Positions 39,241-53,400 of a stretch of DNA of 64,000 nt are shown piece by piece. The stretch is from contig NC_092680.1 in NCBI RefSeq assembly GCF_964355755.1, forward strand, positions 15,881,045-15,945,044, in the 5' to 3' direction. The notes beneath the pieces were generated by a model. That model had not been told where the DNA came from. It did not search any database and saw only the letters and a list, made by a program, of their open reading frames with translations. Each line of letters opens with the position of its first letter. Position 1 is the stretch's first letter. The stretch is from Antedon mediterranea. Its lineage: Eukaryota > Animalia > Echinodermata. A program made the position numbers and the translations under genes.

Positions 39241-39795
39241 TTTCTCATTTCAATTTAATATCTTCAAAATATGTATGTACTGGAATTATTTTTATTATGC
39301 TTCCTGGTGTGTGTGTTGGGTGTTTATAATTTAATTTGATACAAATAAAGTTGTAAACACGGGAATAAGATTGGCTGATGAAATTTGGCTTCATTCAAAA
39401 TATATAGTTTTTGTTTCTTATTAAGTATTGACATCGGATGCAGCGTGAAGACCAGGTTTTACCAGATAAGTGTTACAGTTGTCAACTGTAATTTTAGCAT
39501 GCATTCTATAACGCCCTCGCCTCTATATTGGTTATTGATTGATTTCTTTAATCCAAAATTACGAATAGTGGAAACTGTTTAGTAGGCCTAACCTTAGAAT
39601 ATCGAATTCGATATAAGTGCTGTTGAATATATATAACTACAAAAACACAAAATAACAAAATTGAGCTTCAAAGATTATATTATTAACACTCAATGATTTA
39701 TTACGATATAATAAAATAAGCGTTACAGAATATAGTTTCCAAAAATTATAGCAATCTATGCACAAGTTGTAATCATCAATTATCCTGGTAAATAT
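39241..39795 (+). repeat. ~0.6-kb direct repeat (second copy 42737-43354; partial copies 38430-38760) bracketing the GPCR
   Basis: Colinear shared blocks TTTATTATGCTTCCTGGTGTGTG, CATCGGATGCAGCGTGAAGACCAGG, GGAAACTGTTTAGTAGGCCTAAC and AATCATCAATTA.CCTGGTAAATAT. Confidence 0.85.
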
Positions 39796-40040
39796 ATATT
39801 ATATAATTAAGCCACACAACCTTTAGTAAACTAATTTAAAATAAATATTTGTTTAAAGCTTCACCATCTCTATAGCCTATAGTTTATAGCCTACTAAAGA
39901 ATAAACGATAAAGAATGACGATAAACATTGTTCTTACCTAAAACTATGTAACCACTATAAAATTAGAACATGTTTTTATTCTAGAACTATATAATCGTTT
40001 ACGCTGTCTGATAAAAATATTAACCAGTGCGCTATAATAC

Positions 40041-40553
40041 GGTAGCGGGACGATTCGGCCCTGGGACGATTCGACCCGGGACTATTTGGCCCGGGACGAT
40101 TCGGCCCTGAGACGATTCGGCACACTTACCTTTATCGGCTTTGATATGCATTTTTATAAGCATAAAACAAACTTTTTTTTCCACAAACTTTATTTTCAGA
40201 GAGACTATCATGTAGTACTACTAGGGATTAAGATGCAATAAAGCAAACATTTTGAAAAAATTTCCGAAAATGATCATTTTTCAGTCACGCGAACAATGTA
40301 AACAAGTTACGCCCTCTGTTGGCCGCTTGGCTAATGCACGAAATAAACAAAGTTTTCGAAGTAATAAATTGAATATAACGTTTTTTTAGTAATTATTTCA
40401 TATATTACATCAACATAACAATATTATAAGTAAAATACTTTTAAAAATTGGATAAATACCAACAAAAATGAATAATGAATTTAGTCTAAAGTCGGACGAA
40501 CCATCCCACCAAAAGTGGGCCGAATCATCCTGGGCCGAATCGTCCCGGATTCC
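40041..40553. mobile_element. MULE-like MITE with tandem-subrepeat TIRs, ~510 bp
   Basis: Left end is (GGGACGATTCGGCCC)x5 and right end has GGGCCGAATCGTCCC repeats. Flanking direct repeat (C)TATAATAC(G) gives an 8-10-bp TSD depending on end placement. Confidence 0.8.
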
Positions 40554-40739
40554 TATAATACGTGTTCATTAAGAAGTATTAAACCATAGTTAATTATTAC
40601 AATGTTTGCAAAGAATATTATTGTATCCAATTCTTTTGGTCGCCATTTATACTATCATCTCCCTATATTGTTACAATCAGTGGGTCTAGTAAGACTGTAT
40701 TGATCCAACCGTTGTTATCCTTATCCGGTTCGCAACCAT

Positions 40740-41657
40740 TTATTCAGCATTATTTTGAGCTTGAATAGTGTTTCTCGCTTTGCATGTAAAGTTAGGAATG
40801 ACACGTTTTTTCAACTTTAAAAATCCTTGCTGAAATTCCTTGAAAGCCATTCCGTAGATAAATGGATTTATTGTAAAATTCAAAGCAAGAAATACAGATG
40901 TTATAGAATACAGAATAGGTTCGAGGCACATTGAGCATAGGCTATCAATTAAAAAACAGGTGTAGAGTGGTGAAACTGTTACGAAATACACAGAAGTAAC
41001 CATCAGTAAAGTTGATAAAATATTATTATTTTTCAATCGACTACCAAAGCTTTGCCTATCCCTTGAAGCACGAACTACGGACTTCTTATACAGTTTCCAT
41101 AGAATGTGTCCATAACAGTAGGTCATGATAGTAATTGGTATGATCCAGCAGACTAATGACGACACTATTTCATTGATATTTTTCCTGTCCGAATTACAAA
41201 AAAATTCTTTGTGCTTATATGCTATTACATTGGACACCACCAGAATACATCCAGGTAGGTAGGAAACAATACAATATAGTAGCAATGTTTTCTTTAATTT
41301 TCTTTGGCGGTAAATGACGGGAAAAAATACAGCAAAATATCGCTCAATTGTTATCACAACGAGATTGTATGAAGATGTAACTGCTACATACCAGCCCAAT
41401 ATCCTGATAAGACACTCAAACTTCAATTTAAATAAAGCTAAAGTAAACAGCAAAGAACATACCATATCAATGACGGACTGGTGAATTAACAGCTTTATTG
41501 GAACATTCTTCTTATAACTTTTGTTGTGTAGAAACACAACAATGACTACTAAATTCGCAATAACACCAACAGTACTTATTAACAGTCTGATGACAAGAAC
41601 AACAGCAGAAGCATTGTAAATTGCGCCGGTAAATGTATTTGCTTCGGAGTTATTCAT
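40740..41657 (-). CDS. Single-exon class A (rhodopsin-like) GPCR, 305 aa, orphan/chemosensory-like
   Basis: About seven hydrophobic segments. TM1 GVIANLVV, TM2 SVID, TM3 IERYFAV, TM5 IPITIMTYCY and TM7 NPFIY, helix 8 FKEF, N-terminal N-x-S sequons. Confidence 0.92.
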   Translation of the reverse strand: MNNSEANTFTGAIYNASAVVLVIRLLISTVGVIANLVVIVVFLHNKSYKKNVPIKLLIHQSVIDMVCSLLFTLALFKLKFECLIRILGWYVAVTSSYNLVVITIERYFAVFFPVIYRQRKLKKTLLLYCIVSYLPGCILVVSNVIAYKHKEFFCNSDRKNINEIVSSLVCWIIPITIMTYCYGHILWKLYKKSVVRASRDRQSFGSRLKNNNILSTLLMVTSVYFVTVSPLYTCFLIDSLCSMCLEPILYSITSVFLALNFTINPFIYGMAFKEFQQGFLKLKKRVIPNFTCKARNTIQAQNNAE

Positions 41658-44600
41658 CTTTACACTTTACTATTACAAGTAAACAATTATACTGATATGC
41701 ACAACATCATTCACTTGCTTTTTTATTTCAAAATTGAAGGAAGTTATAAATAAATTTTTAAACAAGTAACCAATTACAGATAAACCACCAGAAAGAACAA
41801 ACAAACTCATCCATATAAGGGCGTAAGTGAAGAAACAAATCATTTTTAACGAATTCCATGGTTTTATGAAATACGATCATGCATAGTTCACATTTCAACT
41901 TGATTTGGATTATAACACTAAACAGCTCTAACAAATATACCTACATCAATGTCTGGATCATTAATGGAAAATACAACATTATCACTAAAGTATTTTAACA
42001 CATTTACAGTCTAATATATTGCACTAAATGGGCTTCGAAATAATATTAATAAAATCACACCAAGTATTTAAAACAAACAAATAGTCAACTATCATTAAAA
42101 ATAAGTAAGATAAATGAGTCTTAAATCAACAGAAAATTCTTAACTTTTAGAGGTGGCAGTAGCCTTCTTCCACGAAGCAACTTTAGTTAGTTTTATAAAT
42201 CTAAATTATTGAGAAGTTTGTTAATTCTTAACCGTAATTTGTTATGCAATTTTCTACATTTTCTTATGGAGTTTGCCTTTATTTATTTATAGATGTCATG
42301 TTTGTTTGCTATTATACGCACACGATTAATAATGACAGGAAATTGAACCATTGAAGAGATAGAAATAAACTCATTATTTAGTATTGGATCTTCGAATTTC
42401 GTGGTAATGTGGGTTAAATGACGCAAATGTTTTCAATCCGTGTGTTTCTAGATCTGGCAGTTATAGTAATATTATAATATCATAGTAAATATTATATTTA
42501 TTTGGATTTTATAAACTCACCTACTGTGTGCGATAATGCGATTTGGAATGTACGGTTGTTATTGTGTAAAAATAGGCGGCGGTGTTGGATTGTACGCGAG
42601 GTTTACAGAAAGGCCTTAAGTTAGCATTTTGTTTCTACATAATATTTTTACAGCATTGGCATGGGTTGAAAAATATTTAAATGGAATTGTTATTTTAAAC
42701 AAGATTCCCAGTGTTTACTCTAGTCAAATTAATAATTTTCTCATTTCAAATTTAATACCATCAAAATACGCATGTACTGAAATAAGTTTTATTATGCTTC
42801 CTGGTGTGTGGGTTAGGTGTTGTGGTTTTATTTTTATTTTCCTTGATTCCAGATGTTTTGTAGTTTATAATTTTATTTGATACAAATAAAGTTGTAAACA
42901 AGGAAATAATATTGGCTGATGAAATTTCGTTTCATTCAAAATACTTTGCTTTTTTTACATCGGATGCAGCGTGAAGACCAGGTTTATGAGTTTAACAGGA
43001 AGTGTTACAGTTGTCAACTGTAATTTTTAGCCTATATTCTATAACACCCTCTATTGGTTCTTGATTGGTTTCTTTAATCCAAAATTACGGATGATGGAAA
43101 CTGTTTAGTAGGCCTAACTTTAGAATCGCGAATTCGATATTAGGGCTGTTAAATATATCTACAAAAACATAAAATAACAAAATTGCGCTTTAAATATTAC
43201 CGGTATTATTATTAACACTCGCGTATTTTTCAGCTATCAATGATTTATTACGAAATAATAAAATAAGCGTTAAGATACAGAATATAGTTTCTAACAAGTA
43301 ATAGCACTCTATTTATATGCAAAATTTATAATCATCAATTACCCTGGTAAATATGAAGTAGTTCATTAACTATGATAAGCTACAATACTTAATTTAAACA
43401 TAATTGTTCTTATGTAAAACAAAAGAACATAACAAAGTTGATTTAAATTTCAATTAAATAACGTCATGGTCAATGATAACAATAAAATCGTTCTACCGCA
43501 CGACATTATTGCTCTTACTAATCACGACGTCTTTTCATTGGACTTATATCATTTTCATCAATAGCATTAACTGGATATCCAATAGTTGTAGAATGAAAAA
43601 AAACCTTTTTCGAATTCTTTGGTTTCATGTAAGAAAAATGCAAATATATCTATCGTTTTCGACATAGTATAAATGGGCTTTTAGAATCGCCAGTTCAGAA
43701 ATTAAAATGTGTTTATAAAAACAATAGGATATGTTTTTTTTTTGTCTTTTGTGAGTTTATCTCACGTTTATTTAAATTCTCATTGGTGAATATATTATAT
43801 ACATATAAGTACATTTGTGACAATTAAAAGTAAGTGTTTAAAGTAGTTAAAATACAGGTATATTTACATAATAAGATGATTGAATTCAGTATTAACCATA
43901 TTTGTTTTCATTAAAATTTTAGATACGATGTTAATTAAAATGTCAAAATGAAAAATGGCGGTAAAATACATGATTAAAATTTTCTTGTTAAACTATCTTA
44001 TTTGTGATCTTATTTGTGTTCGAGTATAGAGGCTATAAACTCAGGGGAGGAAAATGTAGTATCCTCCCTTTTCACCAAGATAAATAGGATATGTTTATGA
44101 AGTATTTAAAGATATATTGTTGTCACCCCCACCACCCCGATCCCAACCCCGAAAAAAAAGCTAAATGTCTTTGTCGAATATGCCATAATTATTTACCTTT
44201 AAAAAAGTGTAATTTAACGCAAAAATAGTCAAATAGTAAAAGGGATTTTGGTTGAGATTAACCGTTTATGTTGTTTTTTTTATTAGTGAAAACATTTTTT
44301 TTTTTAACGGGAATGAATAATTATTAAACTTTTTTTTTATCCACTTAGACTCCGCCTTATTTTAGTGGATAGTGACGTTAGTTTATTTATCAAGACGCCT
44401 AACAAACAATTGATAATAGAACATTCTTAAGTGCGTTTTAATTCCACTCGAATGTTCGTCTGGTTGTTATGAATTCAGTTCGTAAAAAAACATACAATTA
44501 TGGGTGGATAATGTAAATCATTTATTCTTTTTTTATTTGTTTTGTTCTATCCATGTTTTTAGCTGAATGCCTAAGCATACACAAACAATGACATTATATT

Positions 44601-45198
44601 AGGATTTGGTAATCGATACACAAACATGTTATCTGATCTAGTTATCTGAATAAAACACTATATCAAATTAATTAGGCTATCAATGATTAATATACCTACA
44701 ACTGATTTGGAAAATAATAATTTTGTTTTTCTATTTCGTATAAAATGTATAATCATTACAAAATAAATATTTGTTATTAAACAACTTTTGTTGTTAAATA
44801 ATATGACTAAAAAATTACAATGTCTGTCCTACAGTTGTAAATAAAATAATTGAAGAATCAGGTTCGCTAAATTTTCTAAAAACAATAAAGTTCAATTATT
44901 CCAAAATATGAAATCAACAAAGTACAGTTTTAATGATGAAAGAGTAAATTAAAAAGTTGGGGTTTGAACAGTTATTTGAATGTCGTGAGCAATTCAGCAT
45001 TCTTGAATGAGTTTGGTTACTTCTTTCTTTTTAAATTAACATGTAATCTTTAGAAAATTAGAAAATGAACTTAAAAAGATTATTTAACAACACATTGATT
45101 TTACACACATTGGCTTATATGGGGCACTGTATACATAAACAAGATTAAACTTATTTATATATAATAATATTTGTGTTACTCTAGCAACCGGACAGGAT

Positions 45199-45448
45199 AA
45201 TAAAAAAAAACAGATCACTGGGTGGAAATGTCATTTATTGTAATGAAGAATATGTAAACGTGTATATTGGTAAATAAGATGAATTAACACAAATCACTTA
45301 TAGTGTAAAACTTTGTTTAATAAAAAAAAAACACAGATAAACCATCACTGGGTGGAAATGTAATTTATTATAATGAAGAATATTTAAACGTGTATATTGG
45401 TAAATAAGATGAATTAACACAAATCACTTATAGTGTAAAACTTTGTTT
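45199..45448. repeat. Tandem duplication, ~130-bp period x 2
   Basis: ATCACTGGGTGGAAATGT...GTGTAAAACTTTGTTT starts at 45214 and 45344. Confidence 0.85.
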
Positions 45449-46181
45449 GTTTGTTTTATTAGTTTCTCCACACATTTTAAAATAAAAGATACAAATTACA
45501 AATTACAAAAAAGATAGACACATATAACTTAAAAATTACAATATATATATATAAAACATCAAAAATGTGCAGATGGAGGTCAAAATAAGTTGCGGAAAAC
45601 TTTAAGTCATGACCACCAGTTGAAAAGGTGGAAAATTACTTATATAATTACATAATATAAAATGGATTACGCCCATACGTCATGTCATCTGAAATCATAA
45701 ATAAAACACTGCAAAGCGGATATCAGTAATCAGACTATTTTAAAGCAAAGTATAAATCAAAGTATTAAACCATATTTAATATTATTATTAACAAATTTGA
45801 CTTAAGCATCAAATCTATACACATCTACTTCTAGTTCAGATTAAAATAAAATAAAATAGGAAATTGGCTGTAGACAAGTAAAGGCAAAACAAATGTGGTC
45901 AGGTATGGACAATGTGGCAAGTTACATAATCGATATTGATATGCAATTAACCATTTTAAAGATGAATGAATCATTGAGGTGATGTCTCAAAGAGAAGGGA
46001 AGTTTAGATTATTATTATATTAATAATTTGTTTTAAATTATTAAAATTAAACAATATGACAAGTATAAAAGTTAAAACTCTCTTCATCTTTACATTTAAA
46101 CAAGGTTATGTCGACCGATAGAGAATGGCAAAAGGACTAAACACAATGATCTCTATGGCAATATTGCATTGAATTGACATT

Positions 46182-48518
46182 AATTTATACTGGGCGACCT
46201 TTTCAGTCAAAGACTGGTCTCCCAGGGAGCCAAGTTATTATCAGTGGCTGTGATGTACACCGTGGTAACCCCCTACTCGTCTCGAAATATGTACTATGTT
46301 CTTTAAAGTGCACATAAAGAACACTGGACACACTCACGTCATATTGCGAATTTTGGACAAAAAGTGTTTTGAGAGCGCTTTTGATTTAAACATTAGCGCG
46401 AGCCTATATTACCGCTGAGAATTGTATTGAGGAACCCGAAGACTTCACGCGAGCGAGACGAACTGACTAAGAACATTATTACTATAGATTTTCACTTCAT
46501 ACACGCTTATTATTGAACAATAGTTAGTATAAATAACTGCTAGTTAATTAGAGACATTCGATGTTACTAAGAATACTAAAGAAATTACTTATAATACAAA
46601 TTTTAAAGATTTATAACGATTCTAGTTTAGGTAACATTCGCCCATTAACAATGAAAACAAACAAATCCTGCGTAGGAAATCGCGGAACTCTAAACATTTT
46701 GTTTTAATATCACGCTAAAATTGTTTCCGAATTTTTAAATACATATTTGTAAATAGTATGTTAAATTTCAATATCTTTACTTTTAATCCTCAAAAAATCA
46801 AAATGTTGATATTTTTTAAAAGAATTTTATGACCATTTGAAATCGGGTATATTTACTATCGATCGCACTCCGCCCGGTGCCCGAGTAGGTGTGTACGCGT
46901 CGCTTTTGCAAGCTCTATTCCCAGTAGCGAGTTTCGGTCGCGCTAACATAAGCAATGTTTTCTACATTTACATGCATTAGGGGTAAATTATGTTTAATTG
47001 TTTTTACCGCATAACAAAATTCCCAAATTTATTTCTTTTCTTGCCTAACCGTTTCTGTCACCCTGAAATCAAATACTTTAACTGCATAATTTTAAGCGAC
47101 AATAACATACAAATAGGCCTACTATAATTTGATCACTTCTTCGCAATACTTTAAAGTTGTTGTATACAATTATTTTAAGAATATAAATAAAAACACACAG
47201 AAACTAATAAAATGGCAACTAATTGAAAAGTCAAACTCATTTATTTCATCAATTAAATATTTGAAAAAAATCAAATCAAGTAAGGTACTGCTGTGTAGGC
47301 CTTAATGATTACTGTATGTTTTAGTTTTAATTTGTATAATGGCCTAGGCCTAATAATATAGTACTAACAACATGTTTATTTCTAAAGGCAAGAATAACAA
47401 ACAGCTTTATTTATTTACCTTCAATATTAAATCTATGAGAAACCTCAATTATGAGAATCATTTAAATTTCTGTCACCGTACATTTCATTATAATGAAAAC
47501 CTTTAATTTAAAAGACATTTAATTAATAAGAGCTGGTCAAATTTTTTTGAATGTCAACATGCTGTCCATAAATAGCCGCTTTCAAGTGATGCAAATGTTT
47601 TCTGGAGTCAGATCCTATAAAAAATATAGAAATATAAAAAGTATGTTAATTTAAATATGTATTTGAAAGATGGGCTAGAGGTATACTGCATGATAAATTA
47701 GGCTAAAAAACCTAGCATGTGGTCCTAGGCCTACTACAAGGCCTAGCTCAATGTTTTAAATCCCATAAAACGTTTGAATTTTAAATACAAGTACAAAATC
47801 TAATTTATATAGAGTGGTAGAGTGTGGTACATTCAGTACATTAATTAAAATAAATGAGAATGGGGCCTAATATTAATAAATAAACATGTAAAAAAATTGG
47901 CCTAAACGACTACGTGTGTATCTATACGCATTGATTAACACGCAGTACCCGTTGGACCATCAAGGCTAGGCCCAGCTTCGCACAAACCACCGTTATACAT
48001 GTGATTTGTTTACCTATTTCAATGGCCATTAAAAAAATACCTGAAAATATCAACATGCCCATTTTTTGTCAAACGAATATTTACATTACATAGTAACTTT
48101 TTATTTAGTCACTCGTTTACTAAAAAATTGAGGAATTTTTGTATGGTCTCGTAAAAATGTACAATATTATTATTGATAAAAACCGTATAAAATCTAACAA
48201 AAAGAAGAGCAAATTCAATGATTACCTGACAGGATCATAACTGCTATCCTGTTCCAAAAACCAAGTCACATGCTTCTTCAACCCTTGTTTTAATTATTCT
48301 CATGAATTATTCATAAGGAACTATAATTTAAGGCTTTCAATTGGTTAAAAGAGTTTAACCCTATTACAATTTTAAATTCACATCATTTCCGGGTGATGTT
48401 GTCGCGCTTCGATGAATCTCAGAAATCACAAATGACCGCTAGAGGGCTCACTACTTTTTGTCTAGTCTAAATGAATGTGTGGACCTACGGTTTATAGTCA
48501 TTATCCGAGAAGACTCGT
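46182..48518 (-). mobile_element. SINE fragment (46182-46314 + 48476-48518) apparently split by a ~2.1-kb insertion
   Basis: Joined minus strand reads GAGTCTTCTCGGATAATGACTATAAACCGTAGGTCC...GCACTTTAAAGAAC...GAGTAGGGGG, resembling a conserved SINE central domain. The insert has imperfect GACAAAAAGT / ACTTTTTGTC ends. Confidence 0.4.
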
Positions 48519-50470
48519 TTATGAGTTTGGGTTAATTGGAAGAAAATTTATTTTGTTGGGATCCCTTTGAAACTTGTTCAAAGTTCAATGTAATAGTGAT
48601 CAAGAGCAAAGATTCGAGTTCCTTTACTTCTTTTGAATATGACATCCAGAGCTAAAGCCAATGAAAACTAATTTATTTGTGCAAGGCAAAATTGGGTTGC
48701 CCTGAATCTGAATTTTGCACAGTATTTTTATAGGTTCGAAACAAAGACCAAAGGCATGTCAGTTGTTCGTAATTAAACTAAAATTAACATTGAGATTCTG
48801 GATAGACATGACACAATACACATGATTTGGAACACAATACATAAGTAATAAGTAATACCATTACAACGTGAAAAAGCAGCCAATGGGCTTCTTTTCAAGA
48901 TGGGCTGTTTTTAGAGATTAGTCTTCAAAATGAATGCTGGCTGTACATTTTGTGAATTTCTACTACAATAATATGATTGTTTAGACATTACATGTCAATT
49001 TTACATTTTCAAGTGAATGTACGATGTAAGCCCGATATCTGCATCACAAGTTATCTGGCATTAAATCACCTTGTTCCTTTGATATTCAAATATTCTTCCT
49101 CCAAAAGAAGCCCAATGAGTGAAATTTCGCTCTTCCCTGCTCCAATGATACAATAGTGATTTAACAAACATTTCTTTGTCTCCTTTTCATTGACTATAGT
49201 TTTGAATGCAAATGATAACTTTGCATTTTGTAGACATAAACCCCTGTAAGTGTAATACAGTAGGCTACTGGTATGCTCATAAGATAGGCCTAGTGTACGG
49301 TTTCCAATAACGTCCTATGATTATTATGTCGTCGGGTGTATTTTGGAATTTTACTGAAGGATACAACATTTGTTATAAACCTACTTTACTACATACATAC
49401 TAGATACAGTATAATGAAATACAATATAATTATATATTATACTTATTAACTAATGACATTGGACAGATATTGTTAAAACTGTATTCAGAATAAAAAAAAA
49501 TGCTATCCAACAATACAACAATATTTGGTGAAATTAGATTTTTGACCTTTTGACCTTTACTTGTCATATGATTTATTTAATTGCTAAATAACTATCTAAC
49601 AATGCATTTTCTGATATGGTTGTAATTGAATAAAATGATCAGTATTATTAATTGTTTTCCAAATGAAATCATGGATGCCCATGTTGAGTTGTTATTGTTT
49701 CCGGCCATTTTGAAATCCTTTCTCCTGACAACATTTTCGACAACCTTTCCATTTAATGTTTTGGATACCCCCAATGAACAACTGTGCACAGTTTTAGAAT
49801 TGTATCACAATTTGAAGAATTTATATCAAATAAGCACATTAACAGGCCTACTACTATATTTTGAATCCTTGATCGGATACCGGTAGGCTGTATGGATACG
49901 AATCAGCTACGTTTTAGACGAAAGGCAAAACCATACACGTTTGTCACTCTTACATTATTGAAGTTAGGTAAATGTTAAGTGCAATAATATTTTCTTCACC
50001 ATCATTAGTAGAGAAACTGTTTGAACAAAATGGACATATGGCACGCGACAATGTTCCTTTGAAGTTTGTGACATTTGTAGTTATTCGACATAAAGGACAA
50101 CTGAATTCTGCCACTTGTAGGCCTTTCAAATTCGTCATGAGCTTCTCAGCAACGGTTGATGAATACTTTCGATAGTTATCTTTCTCACTCTCTCTCAAGT
50201 CCTCTGAATGCCAATATACATCGAATAATTGTAGCCCTAAAACTTCAGCGTTTTTAATTCTGAAGAAACCCATATCTCCCCAGGTTTCCTCCCACGAATT
50301 CATAAGACGCAGACATTTACTATTAAAACTTGTCAACACAACTGCATGTCCGCTATATTCTGAAGAATTCTGTGTTTTCATATCGGACTTTTTCAATATA
50401 CCTGAAGGATTTTTACGGAAAAAACGGTCGAAGTTATCCCATTCGTTCTCATTGAGGATGAATCTTGCCA

Positions 50471-53400
50471 CACAGCAAAATTTGAAATTCTAAGCAAGAA
50501 AAAAAAATCTTGTTTTAAGAAAAAATTCTTAAAATAAGTATTTTTTTTCTTGTCAAGATTTAAAATTACTTAAAACAAGAAATAATTTTCTAGAAAAGAC
50601 ACATTTTCTTAAATTAAGTTTGCAATATTCTTGAAAATGCTTATTACAAGAAATATTTTACTTAAAATAAGAAGTCAATATCATTCTCTTCTTATTAAGA
50701 ATAGTTTTGCTTAAAACAAGATTTGAAAATACTTAATTTGAAAAGTATTTTACTTAAAATAAGAAATCTATATTATATTTATCCCTATCAAGAATAATTT
50801 TTCTTAAATCAAGATTGATGAATTATAAAAATTACTTAAAACAATAAATATTTTTCTAGGTAAGACAAAGTTTCTTAAATTAGGTTTCGCAATAGTCTTG
50901 AAAATACTTGTTTTGAGAAATATTTTACTTAAAATAAGAAGTCAATTTCACACTACCCTTATCAAGATTATTTTTACTTGAATCAAGATTCGCAATATTC
51001 TTGAAAATGCTTATTACAAGAAATATTTTACTTAAAATAAGAAGTCAATATCATTCTCTTCTTATTAAGAATAGTTTTGCTTAAAACAAGATTTGAAAAT
51101 ACTTAATTTGAAAAGTATTTTACTTAAAATAAGAAATCAATATTATATTTATCCCTATCAAGAATAATTTTTCTTAAATCAAGATTGATGAATTCTAAAA
51201 ATTACTTAAAACAATAAATATTTTTCTAGGTAAGACAAAGTTTCTTAAATTAGGTTTCGCAATATTCTTAAAAATACTTATTTTGAGAAATGTTTTACTT
51301 AAAATAAGAAGTCAATATCATACTATCTTATCAAGACTATTTTTGCTTAAATTGAGATTCGCAATATTTTTAAAAATACTTATTTTGAGAAATGTTTTAC
51401 TTAAAATAAGAAGTCAATATCATACTATCTTATCAAGACTATTTTTACTTGAATCAAGATTCGCAATATTCTTAAAAATACTTATTTCGAGAAATGTTTT
51501 ACTTAAAATAAGAAGTCAATATCATACTATCTTATCAAGACTATTTTTGCTTAAATTGAGATTCGCAATATTTTTAAAAATACTTATTTTGAAAAATGTT
51601 TTACTTAAAATAAGAAGTCAATATCATACTATCCTATCAAGACTATTTTTGCTTGAATTCAGATTCGCAATATTCTGATTTTGAGAAATGTTTTACTTAA
51701 AATAAGAAGTCAATATCATACTATCTTATCAAGACTATTTTTACTTGAATCAAGATTCGCAATATTCTTTAAAATACTTATTTTGAGAAATGTTTTACTT
51801 AAAATAAGAAGTCAATATCATACTATCTTATCAAGACTATTTTTGCTTAAATTGAGATTCGCAATATTTTTAAAAATACTTATTTTGAGAAATGTTTTAC
51901 TTAAGATAAGAAGTCAATATCATACTATATCCTATCAAGACTATTTTTGCTTGAATTGAAGTCAATTCTATTTTAATATTCTTAAAAATACTTATTTTGA
52001 GAAATGTTTTACTTAAAATAGATTGTCAATATCCTTATATTCACACAACGGTAGAGCAGTTAGCACTTCAGTTTCAACTGATGAAAGAATCTGGGTAATC
52101 AAACTGTTTGTGCTTTGAATAATCGATTGCACTGCAACCTAAAGAAAATAATATTGATTTAATATTTTTTATATTCAAGTTTTAATATGTTTAAAAACTA
52201 AGTTGTGCTTTAGTTGGGGAGCTATGCAGCCTAACAAAAAAAATGTTATTTGTAACAATGAAATTGGTCACAAAAAAATGCAACATAAACTTAGAGTGTA
52301 TAATGCCTAGGCCTAGGCCTAGTACCCAAGTCCTATAGTTACTATAGCTAATAGTCCTGTATAATAACAGTACCAGCAAGGCCTAGGAAATAGACGTATT
52401 TCTCTAATAAAAAATAGTTTAAAATGCATAATTGTTGTAATTTTAAAGCAAAATGGCTTACCTGTGGAATCTTGTTTCTCTCCTCTAATTTTAGTAGAAG
52501 GAAATCAGCATTTTTTATACTATTATCTGCTTGTTCATCCTCTAGTTAGTAGGCCTTCTTGCTGAGCATCAACAAGATCATTAATATTAAACAATCATTA
52601 ACAGTATAACAATACTAGAATTATCACTACTACTATCGTCAGTTGATAAATCATCTCCGTTATAATAGTTTTTTTCTTCATTAACTTCGTCAGTCTCCTA
52701 GTCTAGGCCTAGTTCTACTTCATCCTCAATTGGCATCCTCGTTTTCTCCAGGCATACTTATATACTGATGTTTCCATCGTCAACTGCAGGAGGTTGCCGA
52801 TTGTTATACTCGTCCTTAAAATGGCGTCTTATGACATGCTTGTAAAACGAATTGTAAATTCCAAAGCTTGCCGGGCAGCGAACCACCAATTCCACATGTT
52901 ACTCGAAAATTTGGAGTATTTCCATGAATTGAATTATAATGCCTTAGCAAATAGGGTAGCAAATACTGTACCTACTTCAGTTTACTGGCACCAACTTATC
53001 GCTTTTTTTCGGACTGCAACAAACATGTGTCATTATTATTGTCTGTCGTATTACTGTTGGTCCAGACGTTTTATAGATTTGCTTTAACCACCATGGAGGT
53101 TTATACCTCCATGCTTTAACGTTGAGCAGTATAATGACCTTATACATTCTGGGTAAAAGGCCAGCGATAAATTTTTGGTTATAGTTGAAAAACAACACTG
53201 TGTGTGGTCGATGACCTAGGCCTAGCTCCCGGCGGGATTCATGGCCAACGGTTTTTTAAAGTAATCATTCAAAATCTAGAGTTTGTAAGTAAAAGACACC
53301 TTTCATCGCAATTTATATATTAAATGCTTCAATAGGCCTAGTAAGATTAGTCTAATATAATGTCGAAGGAAGACGCTTTGTTGAAGATCCGAGAAATAGA

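Noticed and set aside
49068-49790. Minus-strand peptides YCIIGAGKS (Rossmann-like) and TVVHWG (RecQ-like)
   Set aside because: Short isolated matches surrounded by stops, with the expected downstream motifs absent.
33162-50470. Inversion of the segment between the EnSpm copies
   Set aside because: Each copy retains its matched TSD and the interrupted gene stays colinear and in frame across copy 2.
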